From NCBI RefSeq assembly GCF_000306885.1, contig NC_018267.1, positions 570,001 to 602,000 of the forward strand: a stretch of DNA of 32,000 nucleotides. Reading direction: 5' to 3'. The stretch's first letter is position 1; every line of letters begins with the position of its first letter. Made by a program: the position numbers and the translations under genes. Of the stretch, positions 18,366-27,185 are shown piece by piece. This DNA comes from Wolbachia endosymbiont of Onchocerca ochengi (lineage in GTDB: Bacteria; Pseudomonadota; Alphaproteobacteria; Rickettsiales; Anaplasmataceae). Below the pieces are notes generated by a model that worked only from the letters and a program-made list of their open reading frames with translations, did not search any database and was not told the origin of the DNA.

Positions 18366-19792
18366 TTCGAAGTGTTCTGCGCCTTTTGTATATAACTGCA
18401 GTGTTAACTCGTTATAGCATATTGTATCGTTTACTCTTTCCTTCAAAGGAGTCAATAAATAAAATACGTGGCTATAAATTAAAATGTGCTCTTGAAAAGT
18501 TAGGTCCAGTATTTATTAAATTTGGGCAGTCTATTTCATCACGTACTGATATTTTAAATGAAGATATAACAGACAACTTATTGTTAATATGTGATAAATT
18601 ACCGTCTTTCTCCTATAAGATAGCAGTTAGAACGATAGAGAGCGAATTTAATTGTAAGTTAAGCGATATTTTTTTAAGCTTTTCTGAAGAGCCAATTGCA
18701 GCAGCATCAATTTCTCAAGTACATAAAGCAACTACAACAGAAGGTAAAAAAGTTGCGGTCAAAGTCTTAAGGCCAGATATTGAGAAGATATTCTCAAAGG
18801 ATATAAAAATGCTTTTTTGGCTTGCAGGGATTATAGAAGGATTTAGTGAGCAATCAAAGAGACTAAAACCTATTGAATTAGTTAAAACTTTTGCTGAAGT
18901 TTGCCGATTAGAGCTAGATCTACGTTTTGAGGCTGCTTATTCTTCAGAACTGAGAGAAAATACAAGAAATGATAAAGGTTTTTATGTACCTGAAGTAGAT
19001 TGGAGTAGGACTTCAAGGAAAGTTTTGACATCAGAATGGATAGAAGCAACACCAATATACGAAGTTGAAAAACTAAATAATCGTAAGCAGATAGCTATCA
19101 ATCTTATAGAATCATTTTGCAATCAAGTATACAGAGATTGCTTCTTTCATGCGGATATGCATCCTGGAAACTTAATGATTGATATTAACAATAATATTAT
19201 TGCTCTAGATTGTGGAATTATGGGCCGAATAGACCGCGAGACGTGCTACTGTGTGGTAGAGATACTGAAAGGTTTTTTAAGTCGGAATTATGATCACGTT
19301 GCAAAGGCACACTTTAGAGCTGGTTATGTTTCACCACAGCACAAAAATTTTGTTACAGCGTGCAGAGCAATAGGTGAACCTATTATAGGGCAGCCTATAC
19401 AGAAAATTTCTTTTGCTGATTTACTTGCCAAATTATTTAAAATAACTAGTGATTTTGATATGAAAGTTCAAACACAATTGCTAATGCTGCAAAAAACTAT
19501 GATTTTGTTAGAGGGAACTTGCAGAAAAATCTATCCAAAAATCAATATGTGGAAAGTAGTTGAAGCATGGATGAAGAATCAACATAAAGATAAAATGGAC
19601 TATAAAGAAAAAATAAAAAGCTCTTGTCTTGTAAAAGCAATTCAAGAAATATTTAGTCTTATAGAGAAATTAAACCTAATAGCTGACCAAAAGCTAGAGA
19701 ATATTCAAGTTAAGATTAAGTCAAATGTAAAAAATTACTTTTTATTGTGGTCTATAATTATAGCATTAACCATTAAGCTTTTAATTTTTTGA
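18362..19792 (+). CDS. ubiB: ABC1/UbiB-family atypical kinase (ubiquinone biosynthesis regulator)
   Basis: 476 aa ORF with LGPVFIKFGQ, PIAAASISQVHKA, VAVKVLRP and FFHADMHPGN, plus a C-terminal TM helix. Its start overlaps the znuC stop as ATGA. Confidence 0.9.
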   Translation: MIRSVLRLLYITAVLTRYSILYRLLFPSKESINKIRGYKLKCALEKLGPVFIKFGQSISSRTDILNEDITDNLLLICDKLPSFSYKIAVRTIESEFNCKLSDIFLSFSEEPIAAASISQVHKATTTEGKKVAVKVLRPDIEKIFSKDIKMLFWLAGIIEGFSEQSKRLKPIELVKTFAEVCRLELDLRFEAAYSSELRENTRNDKGFYVPEVDWSRTSRKVLTSEWIEATPIYEVEKLNNRKQIAINLIESFCNQVYRDCFFHADMHPGNLMIDINNNIIALDCGIMGRIDRETCYCVVEILKGFLSRNYDHVAKAHFRAGYVSPQHKNFVTACRAIGEPIIGQPIQKISFADLLAKLFKITSDFDMKVQTQLLMLQKTMILLEGTCRKIYPKINMWKVVEAWMKNQHKDKMDYKEKIKSSCLVKAIQEIFSLIEKLNLIADQKLENIQVKIKSNVKNYFLLWSIIIALTIKLLIF

Positions 19793-19868
19793 TAACAACT
19801 TTTCACATAACTGCTTCTTGTATAGAAAACATTAGTACTTCTTGATATCGTTTGAGTGTCTTTTTTCC

Positions 19869-19947
19869 TATCATCCAAGTAGTAGATACAGGGATTCAGA
19901 AAGAAAAAGAGATATAGATTCTAGTATCACGTGCTGAAGTAGCACCC
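19869..19947. repeat. degenerate short inverted-repeat element resembling the intergenic palindromic repeats of Wolbachia
   Basis: ATCATCCAAGTAGTAGATACAGGGATTCAG...AGATTCTAGTATCACGTGCTGAAGTAGCAC lies between the convergent ubiB and pyrE genes. The left arm matches about 21 of 30 positions of the GTCATCCCAGTGCTTGACACTGGGATCCAG-type repeat as I remember it. The arms pair only imperfectly. Confidence 0.3.
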
Positions 19948-20150
19948 ATTACTTTAGATAATTTATCAAGTTGTTTCATTTTAGACCTTAGAAGTAGTTT
20001 CTATAATAAAGACACCAACTATACAGTGCTTTTGTTATTTAACTTGTATAGATTGAAGATAAATAAGAACTTCAATATTATATAGTAAGAAGTTGATAAG
20101 ATTTGTTAAGTGTTTTTCCGTTTTTGTCAAATTACATATCAAAAATAAGA

Positions 20151-20747
20151 CTATTTTATTAAGTATTCCCGGCTTCCTGGTTTAGTTATTGGTAATCGCT
20201 TTAATTCTTCAGGAAGCTCTTGCTCGCTGTAGTTTTTAATATTTAGCTCAAGCAAAGATATAACAGGAAAGGGCAATTGCGTTTCACTATTTCTCTTGAT
20301 TATAGAAGCTCCAGCAACGACTTTGCCTCCCATATCTTCTGCGCATTCTGCAGCTTCAAGTGAAGATTTACCCGTAGTTATTACATCTTCAACTAATAAT
20401 AGTTTTTCACCTTGTTTAATTTCAAATCCACGGCGCAATTCAAACTTGCTGTTAACACGTTCACAAAACATCGTCTTAATTCTAAGCTGTTTGCCAATCT
20501 CATAACCCACAAGTATTCCACCAATTGCAGGAGATAGTATTAAATCTATAGAACTATTTAATTCTTTTTTTATTTTATGTGTTAGTAATGCACAAATTTT
20601 CATGGCTTTGCTTGGATTTTCAAAAATTTTAGCACACTGTATATATATGCTACTATGCAGTCCAGAGGATAAAACAAAGTGCCCGTGTAAAATTGCCCCA
20701 GCTTTCTCAAGTTCTCTTATTATTGGATTATCTTTATCTAGTGTCAT
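20151..20747 (-). CDS. pyrE: orotate phosphoribosyltransferase
   Basis: 198 aa ORF with the N-terminal GHFVLSSGLHS block and the PRPP-binding motif LLLVEDVITTGKS. Confidence 0.8.
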   Translation of the reverse strand: MTLDKDNPIIRELEKAGAILHGHFVLSSGLHSSIYIQCAKIFENPSKAMKICALLTHKIKKELNSSIDLILSPAIGGILVGYEIGKQLRIKTMFCERVNSKFELRRGFEIKQGEKLLLVEDVITTGKSSLEAAECAEDMGGKVVAGASIIKRNSETQLPFPVISLLELNIKNYSEQELPEELKRLPITKPGSREYLIK

Positions 20748-21794
20748 TTTTAAAGTTTCACCTTCGCGTTCTTTGATTAATTATTATCTAATCTGTGCAA
20801 ATATTAGACTATATATTTACTGCAGTTTCGCACATATCGATAATTGTATAAATAGATAAAACCAGTTTCATAATATACAGAGGAATCTTTCTTAAGACAA
20901 GGTAACTAGTTGCCAAAAAAATTCATATAAACATTTTGTCTAAGGAAAATAATGCTCATTCACCTCTACAACAAACATTATTGTAATCAAAATAAACAAC
21001 GTACATACATTTTGTATTAACTGTTGTACGTGTTAGTAAAATAAAGGACACTAATTTTTTGGTACTTTTAGCTTTTTTGCTTACAGTCTAAAGTTATTAG
21101 AATGTTTTATATTACTTGTGTAACTTAGAAAAAGATGCAAGCATTAATGTTATTGTTTATCATAACTCCTTTCAGCATTTGAATTGGTAATATGCCTTTA
21201 CTACATAAGCAGTGGTAAAATCAGAGACGCTTGTTCATGAAATTTATAGATTTATGCATTACATAAATAAAACACTACAGAGGCTATAGAACTCATTGCT
21301 ATTTTTTTAATCCGTGTAGAGAAAACTTAATTTAATATATCCTGTTTTTCTTTTGAAAAGAATGAGTGATTTCGAATATGAAAAAAGCAATTATAATTCC
21401 ATTATTTATATTTTGCTATTGTGTTACTTATGAAATCTTCTTTCGCTGGATTTATTAGTAAGCAAAAATAGTGTAATAAACATGGCTATAATAGTTGTAG
21501 GTGGTGTGTAAAATAGTGTTTTCTTAGCTAAAGTTTTAATTGAGCCCCTTCAAAGCCAAAAAATTAGGAACTGTATAGTATAGATAGGAAAACTGAAATT
21601 AAACTTATTAAGTTGAGTCAGCTAATAAATATATCATAAAATAGCTTTTGCTATTTAAATTTAACTTTGTTGTTTAATAGTAAATAACTTTGCAAGCAAC
21701 GTAGAAAAAGTATTGTAAACTTATATATTAAGGCAAAAACTCAAGATAAATATTATATAACAATTTTGTTATTTGGAGTTAATAGTACCGTAAA
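20748..21794. other. gene-free, stop-dense spacer downstream of secD
   Basis: About 1.05 kb containing no annotatable gene. The only ORF of 60 aa or more reaching into it is the antisense ORF 20602-20859, which starts inside pyrE and which I reject as spurious. Otherwise there are only short signal-peptide-like stubs, for example ATG at 21378 giving MKKAIIIPLFIFCYCVTYEIFFRWIY then stop. Confidence 0.4.
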
Positions 21795-23309
21795 TTAAAG
21801 TACCAGCTTTTCTGGGTTCACGCACACTTCTATTAGAAGTTTTGTAACTATGATTGCAGAAAACATTGAGCATAAAACCCCTATTGACAAAGTAACGGAA
21901 AAACCTCTAATTGCTCCGCTGCCAACTATAAACATTATTCCTGCAGCAATTAATGTAGTGATATTTGAATCAAGAATTGTTTTTATTGCGCTTTTGAAGC
22001 CTTCTTCAATAGCGCGAGCTGTTCTTTTTCCTAATCTTATTTCTTCACGAATACGTTCAAATATCAAAACATTTGCGTCCACTGACATACCAACAGTTAG
22101 CGCAATACCAGCTATTCCTGGTAGAGTTAAGGTTGCTTCAAGTAGAGTAAGAATTAATAATATAGAAATCACATCAAAAAGCAGTGCAACGGAGGTTAAC
22201 AAACCTAACTTACCATAAATGATAATTATAAGCAAAGTAACTGCTGTAATAGAGATTATCGCTGCTATTTCTCCTGCTTTTATTGACTCTTCTCCAAGAC
22301 TTGGACCGATATTTTTCTCTTCTATTATTTTAAGTGGTGCTGGCAGTGCTCCAGATTTTAAAAGTATTGCAAGTTCGTTTGCTTGTTTCTTAGTAAACTT
22401 ACCACTGATTTCTCCTTCTCCATTTAGAATTGGTTCACGTATTATTGGCACAGTTAAGACTGTGTTATCCAAAACAATTGCAAAGGGCTTTCCTACATTT
22501 TCTTTAGTGATTTTTGCGAATTTTTTACTTGCTATACCGTCAAATTTAAAATGTACTGTTAGTCTGCCTAAGTGATCAAATCTAACTGATGCGTTAACCA
22601 ATGAATCGCCACCTATTTCAGTTTTGCGGGATATTGGATAGAAATTACCAGAAGTGTCTTTGAGCATGATGGTAGTTTCGTGATCTATATCCTTAATCTT
22701 GGCTATGTTACTGTTTACCAAATGAAAGCTTAGCTTAGCAGTTTTGCCAAGCAGAGATTTTATTTGTTCAATGTTTTCTACTCCAGGTACTTGGACTAAT
22801 ATCTTATTCTGTCCTTGTTTTTGTACACTTACTTCTTTAGTACCAAGTTTATCCAAGCGTCTCTGAACATTACTTATTGATTTTGAGATTACTTCATTGA
22901 TTAGAGAATTTTTGTAATGAGGTTTATATGAGATGAAAATTGAGGTACCTTTTCTGTTTAGCTCTAAATTTGGGTTTATTTTATGGATTAATAACGAAAC
23001 TTTTTTATAGTTATTGATGTTATTTAAAGTTACAATTACTTGTTGATCGCTTTGTACGCTGGATTCAATATCTTTTATTAGCAAACTTTCTTTTATTTCA
23101 TCGGCTAATATGCTTAATTTCTCTTTTAAAAAAGAATTTAAGTCTACATTAAGAAGTAAAGACGATCCACCTTTTAGGTCAAGCCCTAGGTTTATTCTTT
23201 TTTTTGAAATAAGGAATTTATTATTAAAGTAGTTTGGCAATATTATATATAAAGCAAGTAGAAAGATACACAGTACCAAAAAAGATTTGACTATAATCCT
23301 ATTGTGCAT
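21795..23309 (-). CDS. secD: protein translocase subunit SecD
   Basis: 504 aa ORF with an N-terminal TM helix, GLDLKGGS, a periplasmic domain and a C-terminal 5-TM block (GIAGIALTVGMSVDANVLIFERIREE). Confidence 0.9.
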   Translation of the reverse strand: MHNRIIVKSFLVLCIFLLALYIILPNYFNNKFLISKKRINLGLDLKGGSSLLLNVDLNSFLKEKLSILADEIKESLLIKDIESSVQSDQQVIVTLNNINNYKKVSLLIHKINPNLELNRKGTSIFISYKPHYKNSLINEVISKSISNVQRRLDKLGTKEVSVQKQGQNKILVQVPGVENIEQIKSLLGKTAKLSFHLVNSNIAKIKDIDHETTIMLKDTSGNFYPISRKTEIGGDSLVNASVRFDHLGRLTVHFKFDGIASKKFAKITKENVGKPFAIVLDNTVLTVPIIREPILNGEGEISGKFTKKQANELAILLKSGALPAPLKIIEEKNIGPSLGEESIKAGEIAAIISITAVTLLIIIIYGKLGLLTSVALLFDVISILLILTLLEATLTLPGIAGIALTVGMSVDANVLIFERIREEIRLGKRTARAIEEGFKSAIKTILDSNITTLIAAGIMFIVGSGAIRGFSVTLSIGVLCSMFSAIIVTKLLIEVCVNPEKLVL

Positions 23310-23376
23310 GAGTTGTAAATATAAAATATTGATTGTAGACTAATTGTGTAAACTGTTTAAGTTGAAATTTAGATAC

Positions 23377-24255
23377 ATGTTAATTAGAATAGGTACCAGA
23401 GGAAGTAGTCTTGCAATTGCTCAAGCTTTGGAAGCAAAACAAAAACTGATGGACTTTTTTCCTGATTTATCTGTTGAGATTATTAAGATAAAAACTTCTG
23501 GTGATAAATATGCCAATGTAAACCTTGCCGAAATAGGTGGTAAGAGACTGTTTCTCAGGGAAATTGAGATTAAATTGCTTAAGAATAATATAGATATGGC
23601 AGTTCATTCAGTAAAAGATGTCCCTGCATTTTTTTCGAAAGATTTAATAATTCCCTGTATTTTAGAAAGGTTAAGTCCGCACGATACGTTTATTTCTAAT
23701 AAACATGACAGCCTTGAGACTTTACCGCGGCAGGCTACAATTGCAACTTCTTCAATAAGAAGAAAAGTACAGCTGCTAAATTTTAGACCGGATTTGAATA
23801 TAGTGCCGTTACGTGGAAATGTAATAACTAGACTGCAAAACCATAGTTTTGATGGAATAATTCTAGCTGAAGCTGGGCTGAGGAGATTAAAAAAACACCT
23901 TTTAATTACAGAGGTATTGCCGCCAAAAACCATGTTAAGTGCAGTGGGACAAGGGGCAATTTGTATTCAATGTCGGAAAAATGATGTAAAAGCTATCGAT
24001 CTTTTAGAGAAAATTAATGATAACAAGTCTTTTATAAGGGTGAGATCAGAGCGCAGCTTCATGAAGACAGTAAATGGTTCATGCTTTACACCGCTTGCAG
24101 CTTTAGCAGAATATGTAAGTGAAAACATGCTACGTCTTTGTTGTATGTTAGCAGACGAAAAAGGTATATACTTTGCTGAGCGTACTTCATTTGTAGAAGA
24201 TGCAGAGGAAATGGGTATGGATGCAGGATTAGAATTGAAATCAAGATGCTTATAA
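23377..24255 (+). CDS. hemC: porphobilinogen deaminase (hydroxymethylbilane synthase)
   Basis: The tabulated ORF starts at a TTG (23344). The ATG at 23377 gives MLIRIGTRGSSLAIAQA, which matches the usual HemC N-terminus. Other blocks are KTSGD, AVHSVKDVP, RGNV.TRL and the cofactor cysteine in NGSCFTPLAA. Confidence 0.9.
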   Translation: MLIRIGTRGSSLAIAQALEAKQKLMDFFPDLSVEIIKIKTSGDKYANVNLAEIGGKRLFLREIEIKLLKNNIDMAVHSVKDVPAFFSKDLIIPCILERLSPHDTFISNKHDSLETLPRQATIATSSIRRKVQLLNFRPDLNIVPLRGNVITRLQNHSFDGIILAEAGLRRLKKHLLITEVLPPKTMLSAVGQGAICIQCRKNDVKAIDLLEKINDNKSFIRVRSERSFMKTVNGSCFTPLAALAEYVSENMLRLCCMLADEKGIYFAERTSFVEDAEEMGMDAGLELKSRCL

Positions 24256-25133
24256 GTTTACCTAAGGTGCGTGGAACATATCGATACAATACTTTAATGT
24301 CTAAAATAACATGGTTAAATGTCGGTGGACAAGCTGATGTATTATTTAAGCCACGTGATATTGGAGATTTAACATGCTTGATTAAAAATACTGAGCTACC
24401 AATTAATATTATTGGTGCAACGTCTAACATAATAGTACGAGATAGTGGCATTCGAGGAATAACAGTAAAATTAGGTCAGGAGTTTGGATATATTAAGTAT
24501 AGAGGTAACAACTCTATAGTTGCAGGTGGTGCTGTACTGCTTAGTGATTTAGCTTACTTTGCGATGGAACAACAAATTAGTGGACTAGAGTTTCTGGTTG
24601 GAATTCCAGGAACAGTTGGTGGTGGAATAGAAATGAATGCAGGTGCATATGGTAGTGATATCGCAAGTGTTGTACAATCTGTAAAAGCAGTAAATTTAGA
24701 GGATGGAAACCTGTATGAATTCTCAAGTAAAAAGATGGATTATGTTTACCGTGGGCATAGTTTAAACGGTAGGTGGATTTTTGTTGAAGCTGAGTTTAAA
24801 GGAGTAAGTTCAGAGTATAAGATTATACTTAAAAAACTGAAGGAAATTATTGACGAAAAAAGCAAAAGCCAACCAATAAGAGGGAAAACTGCTGGGTGTA
24901 TATTTAAAAACCCAAAAAACTATCAAGCGTGGAAACTAATTGATGAGTCTGGTTGCCGAGGGTTAGATAATGGTAGAGCTAAAATTTCTGAGAAGCACTG
25001 CAATTTTTTGCTCAATTATAATAATGCAACTGCATCTGACTTAGAGACTCTTGGTAATAGGGTAAAAGGTGCAGTGAAAAATAAGTTCAACGTTGAACTT
25101 GAATGGGAAATAAGAGTTTTAGGTAGTTATTAG
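24246..25133 (+). CDS. murB: UDP-N-acetylenolpyruvoylglucosamine reductase
   Basis: 295 aa ORF with the FAD-binding blocks GGQADVLF, SNIIVRD, GIPGTVGGGIEMNAGAYG and the catalytic-region SQP...AGCIFKNP. It overlaps the hemC end by 10 nt. Confidence 0.9.
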   Translation: MLISLPKVRGTYRYNTLMSKITWLNVGGQADVLFKPRDIGDLTCLIKNTELPINIIGATSNIIVRDSGIRGITVKLGQEFGYIKYRGNNSIVAGGAVLLSDLAYFAMEQQISGLEFLVGIPGTVGGGIEMNAGAYGSDIASVVQSVKAVNLEDGNLYEFSSKKMDYVYRGHSLNGRWIFVEAEFKGVSSEYKIILKKLKEIIDEKSKSQPIRGKTAGCIFKNPKNYQAWKLIDESGCRGLDNGRAKISEKHCNFLLNYNNATASDLETLGNRVKGAVKNKFNVELEWEIRVLGSY

Positions 25134-26544
25134 GCGGTTTTTTACAGCTGCTATATTGTTTAATTATTCAACATTTTACAGTGGTTCTAATTTCTCCGTC
25201 ATGTAATTTGAGAAGTTCATCACTTTCTTTATCCTTTAGATGAGCTCGGTGAATATAGCTATGATTTTTGAGATCTAGAAATTTAATTAAGCCGTTGCAG
25301 TCATTTCCATAATAAGAAATTATACTTGCACCACTATTTTATCTGTTTTTTGTAATTTTTTATCTTTAGCCACTATGCTTTAGCAAGCGCAATTATAAGC
25401 TTATGGTGTGTAATTTGCTTCAATAAGCTTTCTTATCGATGTTCTTAATCTAAAACAGGCACTGGTAGTTTGTAACTTGCAAGAAATTGTACTATTCATT
25501 GTGCTCTTTTGTTTTAATAAAATGCTTCCATACTTGGTTAATCTATTTTTTCTTTTTTCCGTTTTCCTAAAATTTCTTCATTGGTTCTTGTTTTGCTGGG
25601 ATGATTTTATGCATAAACAGAATTTACCCTATAGAATTAATCTAATATATCAGATAGACAACTGCATTTTTTGGAAATAAGTCTTCTAATTTTAGCTTTT
25701 TTACTATATTGTATAAATTTACTAATGTCGGTTTATAATGCCTGCTGTTATTATCTATATAAGTTATTTTACTTCCCTTTACCTTCATTAAAGTAGAACA
25801 TGAAACCGGTTACTAACTATAAGTGGTGAATTACAGTAAGCTAATCCATCTTTATTAGCGTTAATATATTTGTGAATTATTAGCTTTCTGTTAAGTGTGA
25901 CTTAAGCTATATAATTTCCGTTCTCAATTTTCTTTGCTAATGAGTCTTGTTTAGTCAGCTTACTTATTTAAAGTAAAATATTTAACTCTTGAATTACTTT
26001 CATAAATCTCTCTTTCTTTAGTTCCTATCTCTGGAGAGTAGTAATAAACTGGGGGAAAAGATGTTTGAATGTGTGGCTTTACTTAATATAAAGCCTTACT
26101 TTCAATGAGAATCTTTTTGTTACCTAAATTAATAGGAAATTGTTGTTTCTTTTGATGCTGTTTGGTGATCAGATCTCGGTACTAGCTTTGCTAAATTCTC
26201 TAATAGGGTATTTAAGTTTTCTGGTAAGCATTTCTTTCATTTCTCTAATGCTAATTTATGTTTTCCTATTAAATATCTTCTAGGTTTTTTTGAAAATTAA
26301 CATCATTTTTTCACTAACTGTTATTTAATTTTATATTACAGTGACTAAAAAGTCAGCTACTTTATAAATATATTAATAAGAAACAGTAATAAGAAGAGAA
26401 ATGAAATAAGTTATATATAAATACTTGAAAGACTCACTTGCGTTAATCAAATATAAGTTACTCTTCATTAGAAGATTAGTAAAATTCTGGTTTACTTAAA
26501 GTTTGTTAGTTGCTATTTAAAGAGCATAACATTTATGACACTAT
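25134..26544. other. 1.4-kb gene-free, stop-dense block (probable eroded minus-strand gene)
   Basis: The plus strand is T-rich throughout, like the antisense of coding DNA. The only listed ORF is a TTG-started Phe/Leu-rich artefact. A start-less open stretch at 25168-25332 (minus strand) reads ...GASIISYYGNDCNGLIKFLDLKNHSYIHRAHLKDKESDELLKLHDGEIRTTVKC then stop. Confidence 0.45.
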
Positions 26545-27180
26545 ATGCTTAAGATTTTTTCTCGAGTTTTATTTATACTAATATTTTTGGTTTTTAGCTT
26601 TTTTATTGTATGCAGTACTGAAGCTAAGTCTAAACTAAAGCTTAGTGAGAAATATAAACCTCCAGGTAACCCTGGCGGTGTAAACTTTCATGAAGATGAG
26701 AATTTTGTTGAGTCGTATAAACTGTATAAGAAGCGTAGAGAACTTCTAAAGAAGAAAAAGTTGCAGAGTAGGGTTAATGCTGACGTAAGTAAAGAGAATT
26801 TAGCTAAAAAGTTGGAGAAAAGAAAAATTGCTATTCTTAATAATAGACTAAGTGCTTTAGAAGCTTGTATAGTTGATGATGGAAAGGAGGCTATGATAAA
26901 CCGGTATGGTATCGATATTGCACGTCTGAAAGGAGCTACGTTCATAGACCAAGGGCAGATTTCTAAATATAAAAACGAGCAGCTCGAAGATAAACGGCAA
27001 GAGGAAAAAAAGGTTAAAGCGGCACAAGAGAAAAAAAATTTTCCTATGAATGTTACTATAAAAAACATGCCATTAAAAAAAACGTGCTCACATGATTCCG
27101 GTAATGATCTTAATAATGAGGCACACCATAATTTAAATAGTTTGGATTCATTTGAGAGTGTAATTGATACTACAGGGTAG
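26545..27180 (+). CDS. hypothetical secreted protein (orphan, Lys/Glu-rich)
   Basis: 211 aa ATG-started ORF with an N-terminal signal-peptide-like segment MLKIFSRVLFILIFLVFSFFIVCSTEA followed by KS. The rest is highly charged and probably helical. I recognise no family. Confidence 0.5.
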   Translation: MLKIFSRVLFILIFLVFSFFIVCSTEAKSKLKLSEKYKPPGNPGGVNFHEDENFVESYKLYKKRRELLKKKKLQSRVNADVSKENLAKKLEKRKIAILNNRLSALEACIVDDGKEAMINRYGIDIARLKGATFIDQGQISKYKNEQLEDKRQEEKKVKAAQEKKNFPMNVTIKNMPLKKTCSHDSGNDLNNEAHHNLNSLDSFESVIDTTG

Positions 27181-27185
27181 ATTTA

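Noticed and set aside
21850-22575. Two consecutive plus-strand ORFs (122 aa and 118 aa) inside secD
   Set aside because: They are antisense to conserved secD transmembrane-domain coding sequence. They are compositional artefacts with Ile/Ser/Pro-rich sequence.
23344-23376. TTG-initiated 11-codon N-terminal extension of hemC
   Set aside because: The ATG at 23377 gives the canonical HemC N-terminus (MLIRIGTRGS...). The TTG is simply the first permitted start after an upstream stop.
24086-24451. 121-aa minus-strand ORF spanning the hemC/murB junction
   Set aside because: It is antisense to two conserved, overlapping genes and has no motifs.
25477-25680. 67-aa plus-strand ORF in the eroded block downstream of murB
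   Set aside because: It has a non-ATG (TTG) start. Its Phe/Leu-dominated sequence arises from the T-rich strand, and the surrounding sequence looks like the antisense of a dead gene.
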